Below are positions 23,401-36,800 of a DNA stretch of 44,229 nucleotides, in pieces. The stretch is from contig PS015073.1 in NCBI GenBank assembly GCA_048213135.1, positions 78,906 to 123,134 of the forward strand, given 5' to 3'. This stretch comes from Reclinomonas americana ATCC 50394 (lineage: Eukaryota). The first letter of the stretch is position 1; the number at the start of each line of letters is the position of its first letter. The position numbers and the translations under genes were made by a program. Under the pieces are notes generated by a model. The model was not told where the DNA came from. It saw only the letters and a program-made list of their open reading frames with translations, and made no database searches.

Positions 23401-26127
23401 CTCTCTCCTCACTCGATATGAATATTCTTTGACCGCAGGACCATCGATCTCCATGGTCGCTCCACTGCCGGGTGCGACGTGGGTACGCCGCAACGCGTAT
23501 TCGGTGTCGTGGACGTGCTACAGCGTTGGACAGGCGGTGATGATTGATGCGGTGAATGTGTTGCTGCTGCATTCCACGGGAGCCGCCCATTCGTTTTCCA
23601 TTGCCAGTTGCGCGCACAACTCACTCCATGTCCTCGCGTCTTCACCCTTCTGCGTGCATATCATCTCGACCAACCGCGTGCTCGCAGACAATGTACCGTG
23701 CGTGTGCGACGGCCAGACTGTGAATCGCTTGCCAAGCGATTGGGCCGTCAGCCCCGATGTGCTCACCGACAGCGGCAACGAAGTGGTCGTACGGCAAGTG
23801 GTTCCGAGTGGCACGCCGCCACTCACTGCCTGGTCGAGAATCCAAGTGCAGCCGCGACAGATTGTCGTCTTGTATCCCACCGACGCCATCAATGTGCACA
23901 ACGACAGTGTGATTCCAGTGACGTTTGCGTGCAATCGCAGCGAGCTGCGTCGCGTGCGAGTGGCGGTGACTGTGCCGAATGTAGATGTGGACTCGCTGGG
24001 CAACTTTGAGTTCACGGATGTGCCGCAGAGTCTACCAGCTCGCGATCGTGACCTGGTAAACGTGGATTCGCAGCGGGTCGACCTCAGCAGTCCGCTTCTA
24101 CTGGCATCGTATGTGGTGAGCGCCACGTGCGACTCTGCCGTGCCGAACCTGTTTGCGTTCAATGTTACATTGTGGGAGGGTCCGCCACTGTTGCGCATCC
24201 TCGTACTGGACGATTTCGACACGGACGAGCTGCTTGTCGGCAAGTCCGGCACGATTGTGCTGATTGACAATCAAGGCAATGCTGCCGCTGCTGCTGGTGG
24301 TGGCGATGTAACTAGTGTTGGTGGTGGTGATGGAACAGGGCCAGTCGATGGTGGAAGTGCGGTTAATGGCGACTCATCGTCATCGTCGTCGGATGTGCAA
24401 GGACCTACGTCTGATGGCGGAGCTGTGAGATATTGGTGGTGGATCTTCTTGATCATAACGGCAGTCGTAGTGTCGATCCTCATGATGGTGTGGTGGCGAC
24501 GGCGGCGGAGGCGAGATCGACAGTTGGACATGGCGGAACAGATGGAGATTGTCAATGGTGACGACTTGGGCGAGGAGGAGATGCGAGGTGAGTGGTGGGA
24601 AAGGGAAAGGGGAAAGAAAGCCAGACAGAGTGGAGAAAAAGACAAAGGAGTGAGCAGACAGAGAAAAAGAGGGCACCATGTGCTCTTGTCGGTGTGCTCC
24701 CTCTGATTTGCTCGGCGCCAGGCCAGCTGTGCACGTAGAGGAAACGAGTAGTGATGGGCTGTCTCACACTCTCAATGAAAGAGAGAGAGAGTCAGAGAGA
24801 GAGGGAGGGGAGAGAGAGAGAAAAAGAGAGAGAGGGAGAGAGGGAGAGAGGGAGAGAGGGAGAGAGGGAGAGAGGGAGAGAGGAGAGAGGGATTAAATTA
24901 TTGGAAGATATCGCCATTTGTGGGCAGTTGCAAGCGAGGTGTGATGAATGAGATGTAGCTGAATGAGCAGATGGATAGCGACAGAGAGACAGACGACTGT
25001 TATGTTGAAAGGTATTTCATCGCGAGAACGAGGCAGACAGGGGGTAAAGTGAGCGCGAACGAGATGCGGCTGAATGAGCAGATATATAGCAGCAGAGAGA
25101 CAGACGACTGTGGTGTAAGTGTGTGGGAGAAAGATATTTCATCACAAGAACGAGGCAGGCAGGGGGTGAAGTGAATGTGAATGAGATGCAGTTTAGCGAT
25201 CAGATGGAATGGCGGAGAGACAGACAATATAATTTCAGTGTCTGGGAGAAAGGTATTCAGGGGAAATTGAATGTGAACGGGATGCGGCTGAAGTCAACAG
25301 TGGGTCGACTGTCTGAGACAGATTTCTCATGCGGTACAATAACGCATCTCTGTCGAGCTCTCTTCAGTTGTTGACTCCCCCTTTTTGTCACGTGCAGATG
25401 AACCCGTCGGTACCGGGCTCACTGCGCTGCTGGTGTGTAATCGCAGAGAAGACGTATTTCGCAGTAGAGAGCAGCTTCTTGTCACACACAAACTCTCAGC
25501 AAGAAAGAATGATATCGCCCAACTGAATATCCACCGCCTTTTCGCTGACAAGGAGTCACACAGGTACCGCCTCCACCTTTGCCGCCTGTTGAGAATGCTC
25601 TGCCTCGACGACACAACTTCCGGCGAGTTTTGCGAGCGTTTAAATCGAGGCAGCGGCACCTGCAGGAGGTGAGCTGGCCAGTCTTTCGCTGTGCACTCGC
25701 ACTTAGCACCTAACTTTGAGGCAAGCAGACGGCTGATCGGGACCTCCCGTACCCGCCCATCTCTCATGGCGGATCTGGATCACGACTGCTGGAATCTCCA
25801 AGTGAGAATGCCGATGTGTGCTCACGTGAGTCAGTCCTCTCATGTCGTTATTCACCCCGCCAGGCCTGCGATGCGAGGCGATTGTGCTGACAAGTGCGGC
25901 GACGGCCGCTCCAACGTATTCTGGGCACGATGCCGAGACGAATGATCCATTCGTAATAACTCGACCTTCTCTGCGTTGCGTCACATTGCAGTGCCAGTGT
26001 GAGCAGCCTCACGTGCTCATGCGGTCTGTCTATAGTGTTGCGACGGTTGGTGGAGGAGCGACTGAGGAGATATGGCGTGCGGGTACAGACGACAGAGCGT
26101 GGCGCTTCACAGGCAGCTGCAGACTGA
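10469..26127 (+). CDS. Gene B: full-length paralog (about 2,700 aa, 37 exons) with a 1-nt frameshift near 15970
   Basis: ATG at 10469/10472. 5' exons: 10469-10539, 10660-10986, 11579-11596, 11665-11744, 12039-12103, 12169-12294, 12357-12410, 12480-12599, 12663-12737, 12798-13005, 13067-13341, 13721-13909, 13975-14233, 14722-15106. From 15907 the exons are colinear with gene A. Tail exons: 25398-25432, 25564-25668, 25729-25801, 25864-25974, 26036-26127. One acceptor lies in the N gap 18744-19542. Confidence 0.8.
11579..11596 (+). other. 18-nt micro-exon (gene B); paralog at 28320-28337
   Basis: cgcag|GCTCAACTGTGTCATTCG|gttcgt completes the blade VADR-LNCVIR-AISP. In C it reads VADR-ANYVIR-VISP. 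Confidence 0.85.
15236..15822. repeat. 18-bp minisatellite CACTCCTCTGTCGCTCGC (about 30 copies), intronic
   Basis: Direct tandem units in intron 15107-15906; they give rise to the spurious SLATPL/SDRGVA ORFs. Confidence 0.95.
24431..24496 (+). other. Transmembrane helix, gene B
   Basis: YWWWIFLIITAVVVSILMMVWW followed by RRRRRR. Confidence 0.9.
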
Positions 26128-26424
26128 TCAGTGTCGATAATGAATTGCTCTTGCCACGAGGTGGACACACCGTCCCATCGGAGTCGGTCATATTTTCTTC
26201 GTTGCTCTGTGAGGTGGCGAGCATTCTGAAATGCCATTCGGTGCCGGGCGAAATTGCCGCCTATATTGTCTATTTTCTTTGTCACCATCGTGTGCGCCAG
26301 CGTGTCTCTCTCTCTCTCGCTGTTTGTGTGTGTCTCACTCGCTCTCGCGAAAGAAAACAAGAGCGTGTGTGCGTGTGTGCGCGTGCACTTCTTTGTAAGA
26401 AAGAGTGTGTACGAGTGCTGCATC

Positions 26425-27513
26425 ATGTTCGGTTCGACTTTGCGTCACAGCCGGAAAACGCATTGTCGGCGGTGGCTGAGGTGAGGCGCTCACTTTCTCT
26501 CTCTCACATGCAGACTGAAGGCGAGAGGCAAAAGAGAGACGCGCATGAAGCATTGGCTGAATGCATACTAANNNNNNNNNNNNNNNNNNNNNNNNNNNNN
26601 NNNNNNNNNNNNNNNNNNNNNNNNNNNNNNNNNNNNNNNNNNNNNNNNNNNNNNNNNNNNNNNNNNNNNNNNNNNNNNNNNNNNNNNNNNNNNNNNNNNN
26701 NNNNNNNNNNNNNNNNNNNNNNNNNNNNNNNNNNNNNNNNNNNNNNNNNNNNNNNNNNNNNNNNNACACTCTACACTCACACTCACTCCTGCACTCTCAC
26801 TCACTCACTCACACACACACACTCACTCACTCACTCACTCACTCACTCACTCACTCACTCACTCACTCACTCACTCACTCACTCTCTCTCTCTCTCTCAC
26901 TCACTCACTCACTCACTCACTCACTCCCTCCCTCCCTCCCTCACTCTCTCTCTCTCTCACTCACTCTCTCTCGCACACTCTCTCTTTCTCTATCACTCTC
27001 CCTCCTCTCTCTCCCCTTCTTTTTTCTATCCCTCCCTTCCTCCCTCCCTCCCTCCCTCACTCACTCACCCTCTCCAGTGTGTGGCTTCTGCTGCCACTGC
27101 TGCTCCTCCTCGTCGCCTGCTCGCCTCCACTCGCACACGCTGCACAGACAGTGGCCACTGGCCCCGCGAGTGAGATCCTCGTCAATGGCGCCACCATGAG
27201 CGCACTGGCCTCCGCCAATGATCAGCCTTCGACCGCGGTCTCCATGCAGTATGGTACCTCGCAGACCATGTTTTACTCGTATTCTTCGGTGTTGGGAGGC
27301 ACGCCGCCGGCGGCCGGTTCGACACTGGGCACAGGCACTGCGGCGCAGTTTAGTGGGCCGTTTGGTGTTGCCACTGACTCGCTGGGCAACGTCTATGTGG
27401 CGGATCGGTGAGTCTGGAGGGAGATCAGAGGGGAGAGGGGAAGGGAAGATGCGAGGAGAGGGAAAAAAAGGAGAGGGAGAGGGCAGGGGAGAGTGAACGC
27501 GATATGTGTTCCG

Positions 27514-27556
<43 letters not shown>

Positions 27557-27671
27557 GAGAGAGGAGTGTAGGTAGTGGAGTAGAGAAGGAGAGTAGGGAA
27601 GGGAAGAAAGGAGGAACNNNNNNNNNNNNNNNNNNNNGAGGAGGAGGAGGAGAGAGAGAGAGTAGAGTAGT

Positions 27672-27713
<42 letters not shown>

Positions 27714-30700
27714 GAGAGAGGAGTGACTTGGGAGTGACAAGGAGATGGAAGGGGAGAAAAGAGGAGGGCGAAACGAGGGGTGCCAAGGTGGGGAAACGGG
27801 TGGAAAGGTGAGGCAAGGGGAGATGGAAGGAAGGGCAAAGGGGAGACAAGGAGAGGGAAAGAGAAGAGAAAAGAGAGAATGGGGATCGGGAGAGGGAGAC
27901 ACGGAGAATGCAGGGGAAAAAAGAGAAAGATGGAGATGGGGAAATGAATAAGGAAATGCATTGGAGACAGAGAGGAAGGAGAAAGCAAAGTCTTGGAGAC
28001 AGAGAGAGAGAGAGAGAGGAAATGCGTTGGAAAGAGATGCACGGGATGGCAATGACGAGGCGCGCAGAAGAGACTGGGCGTGTGAGGAGATGCGGATTGA
28101 GAAAATGGATGCCAGGAGACACACGCGCACGTTGAGAAGGGCACCGGCAGAACAGACGGAAGCGGGTACAGGATTGAGTAATGCCGCAGGGCACCGAGTT
28201 GTTCGAGAAGGTAGTGCCCTAGAATGCTGGGCTGCGGGTGTTGCAGGAGGATGACTTGCTTCTTTCCTGTCTACCGTCCCTGTGTTGCTCACTCGATTGC
28301 AACTTTCTCGTCACCTCAGTGCCAATTACGTCATTCGGTTCGTGCAAACTCGTGTGCCCCTTGGCTATTTCGTCAGGCCTTAATCTCTCGTCGCACAGAG
28401 TAATTTCGCCAACCGCCGTCGTCACTGCGCTTGCCGGCAATATCGGGAGTTCAGGCACCGCAGACGGGACAGGCACAGGTATTGTCCTTGATTGCGGTGC
28501 ATGTAGAAGTCCGGAGTGCTCACCTCTCTCTCTCTCTCTCTGTGTGCGTGTGCGTCTCTTGTTCATCTTCCTCCTTTCCCCTCCCTTCACTCTCTTGCCT
28601 TCCCCCTTTGCCTTCCCCCTTTGCCTTCCCCCTTTGCCTTCCCCCTTTGCCTTCCCCCTTTGCCTTCCCCCTTTGCCTTCCCCCTTTGCCTTCCCCCTTN
28701 NNNNNNNNNNNNNNNNNNNCCCTCTTTGCCTCCCCCCTTTGCATTCCTCCTTTTCCCTCCTTCTTCGTCTTTCTCCTTGGCCTTCTCTTCCCCCTTTGCC
28801 CTTCTCTCCCCTCTTTGCAGCCGCTCGCTTCAACCTTCCGCGCGACCTCGTCGTCGACAACGGCAACGTGCTGTGGGTGCTGGACGTTGCGTCACATTTT
28901 TTTGCGACGACTTTTTTCCGTCTGCATCCGATGCTAACCGCGGCAGCACTCGTCGGCGCAGGGCGGTAACAACTGCATTCGCAAGGTCACCATCACCGGC
29001 GCTCCCATTGGTGTTGTCACGACTCTGGCAGGCACGTGCGGCTCGTCGGGCAGTGTGGACGGCACGGGAAGCGCGGCGCGCTTTCAGGTCGGTCTCTTGA
29101 AGTGGCTGTTGGTGGCAGATCCATGCTTGTTATTCACTCTCCCTTTCAGAATCCGGCTGGCGTCGACTACGACGCAGGGACAGCGTCGCTCTACGTAACC
29201 GATGTTGCGTAGATCATCGTGCTTTTGCCAACCCCCTCCCCCTGACTATTGCCGCCCCGCAGTACGACAACTCGACGGTCCGTCAAGTCACCGTTCCCGG
29301 TGGTGTGGTCACCACAATTGCTGGCACAGCTGGAACGCCGGGCAACCTCGATGGCACTGGTGCTGCCGCCCGCTTCAACAATGTGCGCCCCCAAGTATCC
29401 TCCAAATCCTTCTTGCACCTCGCTCACTCTTGCCCATCTTCCTGCAGCCTTGGGGAATCGCCGTTGACTCAGCAACTGGCCTGGCATGGATCTCCGACAC
29501 TGGTAATCGGCTCATCAAGACAGTTACGTATGTCTTTCCTTTCATTCCTTGCTCCTGGTTTCTTTCTTGCTTTCCACTCTCTTCTGTTGCTCTCCTTGTT
29601 CCTTACGTCCTTCTCCCCGTTTGTCTTCTGCGTGCAATCTTCTGTTCTTAATTCATGCTTTTTTTCACTCTCACATTGACTTTCAATCGCAGATGACAAT
29701 TCCCGGCGGTACAGTGACCACCGTGGCTGGTACGACTGCGTCGAGCACCATCACAGACGGCAACGGCACGAGTGCCGTGTTCAATGTGCCGGCTGGTGGT
29801 TCCCTCGACGGCACCGGATTCTTCTACGTGATTGAACAGAACTCGCACTGCTTGCGCCGCGTGTCGATCACCGCCCCGTATACCGTGACATCGGTTGCCG
29901 GTATGTGTTTCTTCGTTCCCGAGTGTACCGAGTTGTCTGCTCACACCGGCGTGGTTTGCAGGCCGGTGCGGCTGGTCTGGCTATGCCGACGGCACTGGCG
30001 CTATGCCGCTGGGTCGCATGTTCTATCCGCGAGGGTGTCGATCCGACAAGGCAGGCACACTGTACATTGCTGACGCCAGCAACAATGCCATTCGCCGTTA
30101 CATTCCCGCAACGCCGGCGTTGAACACATTTGCCGGTTCCGTCAGCAACGCCGGCTCCACCAATGGCTCTCCCGGTCGCCTCAACAATCCAAACGACGTG
30201 GCGGTTGACTCGATGGGTAATGTGGTAGTCGCAGATGTTGCGTGAAACGGCGAAGGGAGTGTGGGGAAAGTGAGGTGACAGTGGCTGAGCCAGGATTGTG
30301 TGTCTCAATGCTTGGTTGTGCATTGTCTGAATCGCTGGCAGAGGCGTTCTTCAGTCGTTTTCTCGTTCGCTCTTCACCAATCGTATTACTTGTTTGTCTT
30401 GTCTTCTGCTGGGTATTCCTCTTGCGCTGTTTCCATGCGTTTTTTCCTCTCTGCCTCTCGCGCTCTCATTTGTCGCTGGTTCCGATGACTTTATCGCTTC
30501 GTGTGAATGTCCTTGTCGTTTTGTTGCGCCCTCCATTTGTGCATGACCACCCTTCTTGTCGCTTGCTTTCTCCGCCCTCTTTCCCTGTTCAGACCGGCAA
30601 CCACGCCCTGCGCTACGTCACTGCCGCTGGAGTGACCAGCACACTGGCTGGTCAGGTGGGCACGCCGGGCACGGCGAACGGCACATCGACGGGTGCTCAG

Positions 30701-30815
30701 TTCAATGGACCACGCGGTATTGGTATTGACTCCACAGACACGATTTGGGTTGCCGATTCCGGCGCTCACACGATTCGCAAGGTGTGTACTTTATCCTGCG
30801 GACTCTCTCTCTCTT

Positions 30816-30850
<35 letters not shown>

Positions 30851-33800
30851 TCATTCTTCCTGACATATATTCTCCTCGTAGGTGACGCTTGCCGGCGTGG
30901 TGACCTCGTTTGCGGGCACTGCAGGTACTGCAGGCATCGGCAGTGGTGTGCCTGGTCTGCTCAGCAACCCGGGTGACGTCGCCACCGACTCGGCCATCAC
31001 GAACATGTTCGTCGCCGACACGGATTCCAACACAATTCGCAAAATTGTCGTGTCGACCGGATCTATATCCACGTTTGCCGGCAGCGCCACGGGTGTTTCT
31101 GGGTCCGCCAATGGTACTGGTACTGCTGCGACGTTCAATGGTGAGTGTGTGGGGAGAGAAGAGTTAAGCAAAGCAAGAGATACAGTCTACAAGGTGGAGA
31201 GGAGGGACGATGAGAGAGGCAGAGAGAGAGAGAAAGAGAGAGAGAGAGAGGAGAGTGGAGGAGCAGCATGAAAGTGGCTTGATGGATGGTCACGGATAGT
31301 TATGCACTGCCCATTCGTGGGCTGGCTTCCTTCTCGCGTGCTTTCCGGAGAGACAGAGGTCAAGAGTTAATGAGGGGAGCAGTGAGCTTGCTGCGTGTGC
31401 TAGACTGACAGAGCGCTTCGCCTGTCCACTATTCTTGCTTCGTCTCCTGCTCATCACTCTGCATTATCGTTTCCTTGTGATCATTCTCGCGGCTTACTTC
31501 TTGCTCGCACTCGTCCAGGCCCCACGAGCGTTGTCGTCGGCCCGACTGGCATCGTGTATGTCGCCGACTCGAACAATCGCATGATTCGCGCCATCACGGC
31601 AGCCGGTGTGGTGACGACCCTCGCTGGATCAACATCCTCTGGCTCCACTGATGCCACGGGAACTTCGGCTCGATTCAACAACATGATGGGCCTGGCAATC
31701 AGTGCGCTTGGCGACGTGCTGTACGTTGGTGACAACAATAACCACGGCATTCGGCGAGTGACGACTGCAGCCGGTGTGACCACCACGTATGCTGGCGGCG
31801 CGAATGGCCCGGGATACGTTGAGGGCACTGGCCCGGCCATCCGTTTCTTCTTCCCGTTTGGACTGGCGGTGAGCTCGGCGGGCGATGTGTACGTGGCTGA
31901 CAGGTGCGGTTGGGTGAAGGGACAGTGTGTGAGATAGAGAGGGACAGGGAGGTAGCATTGCTACTGATTGCGCTGTTCAGTCCGCGGGTTACTTCTCGTC
32001 CTGTCCCGCCCTGTTCATCCACCGTGCTTCTCCTTCTTCTCGCTCCTCTGTCGCTCTCCACTCCTCTGCCGCTCTCCACTCCTCTTGCTCCCCACTCCTC
32101 TGTCGTACCTCACTCATCTGTCGCTCGCCACTCCTCTGTCGCTCGCCACTCCTCTGTCGTGCTCCACTCCTCTGTCGTGCTCCACTCCTCTGTCGTGCTC
32201 CACTCCTCTGTCGTGCTCCACTCCTCTGTCGTTCTCCACTCCTCTGTCGTTCGCCACTCCTCTGTTTTTCCCCACTCCTCTGTCGATCCGCACTCCTCTG
32301 CTTCCCCCTCCTTTGTTTTCCCCACTCCTCTGTCGCTCTCCACTCCTCTCTCGATCTCCACACCACCTTCTCCTTCCCCCTTCTCCTTCCCCCTTCCTCT
32401 TCCCCCTCTGTTCCTTCCCCTTGTTCTTCTCCCTTGTCGCCCTCTTTCCTCACTTGCACCCACCACCATCGCAGTCTCAACAACGTCATTCGCAAGATGA
32501 CGTTTCCTCAAGCATCAGTGGTCTCGACCACGCCTTCCACCCTCACCGGCACCTCATCGTCGCTCGTCACCGCCACCATCTCGGGACTTATTGCCAACAC
32601 CATTTACTACTACCGAGCTGTGGCCACCTCGTCTGCGGTACCCATCTACGGCAATGTGTTTGGTGTGACCACCGTGTCCAGCGCACCGCAGCTGGCCAGT
32701 ACGACGACGGCCGTGACCGCCGACAGTGCTGCCACCATGTACGGGACGGTGAATGCCAGCGGCGTCGGCTCCGTTTCAGTCACGTTTGAGTACGCCACCA
32801 CCATGCCGGCTTTTGTGTGGAATGTGTCCACGGTTGCCGGTTTGGCAACAGTGTTAGGCGCAGCAAATGGCGTTGGCTCAGCCGCGCGCTTCTACCTCCT
32901 TCAAGGCATCACTCTCGACGGTCTCGGCAATGCATACATTGCGGACAGCGGGTGTGTGCAATGTCGTTTTCGATAGCCTCATTCATTCCTCTTGTTCACT
33001 CACTCTTGTGACGTTGAACAGATATAGCACCATTCGCAAAGTGGTACTCAGCTCGTTCACCGTGAGCACATTTGCCGGCACTGCTGGGTTCCGCGGCTAC
33101 TTGGATGGTACCGGCAGTGCTGCGCGTTTCAATTCGTGCGTACACTGTTCCTCTCGAGCAAGTATTGTACAGCACACGTTTTCTAACTGCTGCGGTTTGC
33201 AGTCCTGGCTCCGTGTCGTATGACACTGCCAACAACTTTCTGTACGTGGCCGACAGCTTGAGTCACACTATCCGGCGAATCACCACCGGTGGTGTGGTGA
33301 CCACCATCGCCGGGCAGCCAGGCACTCCGCTTTGGGTCGATGGCACTGGAAGTGCAGCGGCTTTCAATTCGCCACGCGGCGTGTTTGTGGATCCCGTCGG
33401 CCAAATGCTCTACGTCGCTGACACATCCAACCACGCCATTCGGTACGTTGTTGGGAAGTGGGGAACGAAGAGGAGAACAGGGAATGCAGGTTAGATATAG
33501 AAGAGGATGCTGCTTAAAATGGAATGAGAAGAGAAATTGAAAGAGAAGAAGATAGGAAGAGAAAGAGGAAGAGGCAGGAAGAGTGCAACGTGGCTCAGGT
33601 ACCTTGTCTGTGTGTGCACGTATGAAAGTGAGAGTGAGAGATTCACCTGAAAGCGTCTCTGCCCTAGCTGGAAGCGTTGTGCATGTACGCGTGAGAGAAG
33701 GAGCGTGTGAGGCAGGGACAGAATACTGGAGGCAGAGAGAAATATAGCTGGATCATATCTCTCTCTCTTTCTTGGCGCTTTCTCTTCTCGTGTCACCCAC

Positions 33801-36800
33801 TGGCCTTCTCTCATGCGTTACTCACTTTTTCCTCTGTCGTGTAGCACGGTCACTGCGGCAGCCAGTGGCACAGTGGTCACTCTGTTTGGATCAGGCCCAG
33901 CGTCCTCCGGCAGCACAGACAGCAGTGGTGGCACTCCCAAGTTCAGCAGCCCGTACCATGCTGTGTTTGATCGGGCCAACAACTTGCTCTACATTGTGGA
34001 CCGTTCCAATCATTGCATCCGCAAAATCGATCTCAGCACTATGCTAGTGACGACCTTTGCCGGTACCAAAGGGAGCAGTGGGTTCACTGACGGTCCCGTC
34101 GGCGTGGGTCGTTTACGCCTTCCCACTTCAGCGACGCAAGATACTGCGAGGAATGTGTTGTATGTGGCCGATGTTGCGTCGCTAGAGCGTCTGAGAAGCG
34201 TGCATTTTTGTTCTTTTCTCATAAGAATGTTGTCTTGACGCAGCAAACGTCCAACAGTATCCGATCTGTGTCATCCACCGGCGTGATCACGACAGTCGCC
34301 GGTTTAGCGTCACTGACAACCGACTCGGTGGATGGCGCGTCATTGGCTGCTCGATTCAATCAGCCCGTTGCGTCTCAATACAGCACTTGAATGCGTGGCC
34401 AACTTGTGCCTCACGCTGCATGCAGTATGGCATCGTGCTGGATCCGATATCCGGCATCCTCTACATCACTGATCAAACCAATTACACGCTGCGTACGCTG
34501 ACGACTCCGACGGCCACGTCAGTGGCTGGCACACCGAGTCCGGTCACAGGCACATCGACAGTGACCGCCAGTGGCGCTGCTACGGCGCTGACGCTGCGAG
34601 GGACGTACTTTTACCGTATTGTGGCGACGATTGGCCTGGTGGTGCAGTACGGCACGCTGCGCACGTTTGTGGCCGAGGCCACCTTCACAGCATCGACCCC
34701 GGCCAACGTATTCCAAGTTGCCGGTCAGTGTTTGTCGTTGACGCGCACCGACAGCGCGCAGAATGTGGGAGCCGATGCGCAAGCGGTGGTGCTCAGTGCC
34801 ACGACTTGCAGCACGGGGTGCGTGGTGATGGAAAGAGAGAAAGGAGAGAAGAGAAAGAGAGAAGGATCATGTGCGACCAGATCCATAGTGAGTGCGTGTT
34901 GTGGATCGTTGTGTTCATGAGTTGCTCTTGCAAATGTGTGTGGATGCACGCATCCATGTGGTAGTGACGGGGCGTTGTGTGCTTGGTTTGCATCTCTCTG
35001 TGTTTCTATGTGCGTCCGTAAGTGAGTGCTGTGTGTGCTGTTGAGTTCTTGAATTTCTCCTCACTCCCTGTGGATGTGTGCATTGTGTGTGCGTTGAGTG
35101 TGTGTGTGGATGTGTATGTGTGTGTCTCTCGAAGCATCATGTGCATGAACTTTGCTCTCTCTCTCTCTCTCTCTCTCTGTCAGCACTTGTGTGTGTGCGT
35201 GTGCATGTTGCAAACCGTTGCCCACTTGACGTGTCCCTGCCTGAAACGATTTCTTCTCNNNNNNNNNNNNNNNNNNNNATTCGCTGTGGCCTTCTCCCTC
35301 CCTGCGACAGTGGTTTCAAACACGCAAGTTCTTGCCGCCATCAATGGATCATTGTTGATGCCGGCCACCACGTACCGAGTGTGCGGTCGCATGTCGTCTT
35401 CGTCACCGTACTATGATGCTGGTTCTGTGCAAGCGTCAGGTGCGGTGTCGTTGCTCACTTTCTCTTTCCCTCGATGTGATCTCCTGACTTGTTGCGCTCC
35501 CTTTATCTCAGTTGTCATCTCGCAAGTGTCGCCGCTTGCGCTGTTCCGCCGTGCGTCAGAGGTGGTGACAGTGACTGGCACCTCGTTGCCCAACTTGTCG
35601 TCCGACTCGCAAGCGTATGCACTGTCATCTGGCGCTACGTGCGCAGCGGCTTCATCGTCAGTGGCAATCACCGCGTCGTACCCATCGACGACCAGCTCGA
35701 CGTTCACATTTGATTCGTCGTCGCTGGCGGTGGGAACGTACACGCTCTGCGTGCGGTGCGTTGTCTGAGCCGTTTGTGTTTTTCACTGCAATCTGTGCAT
35801 CTTATCCTCCCTGTGCACACTCACAGACCCGTTTCGGCGTGCACGAGCTGGGCGGCCCTTGACCCTTGACCACCATTACGATTCCGTCATTCAGCCTGTC
35901 GCCGGCTGTGATTGGTTCCTCAGCTACGGCGCAGATCACGATCAGTGGCACTCTGTTTGTCAATGTGTTTGGATCGGACAGCGGTGCTCTCAGCTTTGGG
36001 TGTCAGGAGAGTGTTGCACAAGCAACGTCTGCTGCCGTGACGGGTACGTACACCAGTGCATCGCTGATGAAAGCCACGCTGGACACGACCAGCATTCCAT
36101 CGGGTGCCTACACTCTCTGGTGCGTCTGCATGGAGAGTCTCGTGCTTGTCGTGCAAATTCAATAGGTCGCTGATTGTTGGTGTCCATGCGCGCAGCATTC
36201 GATGGAGTGCGTTGGCAGTCGCTGGCTCACTCGGCGTGGTTAACATTGCCCGTGCGACCTCTGTGACACCGGCTCTGATCTTTATCTCAGCCAGCAACTC
36301 GTGCGTTTGCTGAAAAATGATGTACCCGAGATGTTGAATTTGGAACTCATGATACCCCTTCATCCAACAGTCACACGGTGCAAGTTGGAGGTGGTGGGTT
36401 CGTGGCCTCGTTGGCCGGCGACGCTTCCCTGTTTGTGGTGTCGTCGTCGTGTGCGGCGGCGGCACCGACAGCAGTGATGTCAACGTCGACACAGTCGACT
36501 CAGTATGTGGACGCGCAGACGTTGTCAACCAGCGTCGTGAGTGCATCGGCGACGACGCCAGCGGGAAACTATCAGCTGTGTGAGTTTGGAGGAGAGAAGG
36601 GAGAAGAATCTGCTATTAATCGATTTATAGTGTCGCTTGCTTCGTTCTCATGCCCGGGTATTCTCACGCAGGCATTCGGTGGTCGATTGGTGCCACGACA
36701 TACGAGAGTGCCGGTGCACTGGCGCTGGCTTCTGTCTCAAGCATTGCGCCGCCGATTATTCCTGCGGGGTACAGCACGCAGTTGCAATTCTCGGGTGGCG

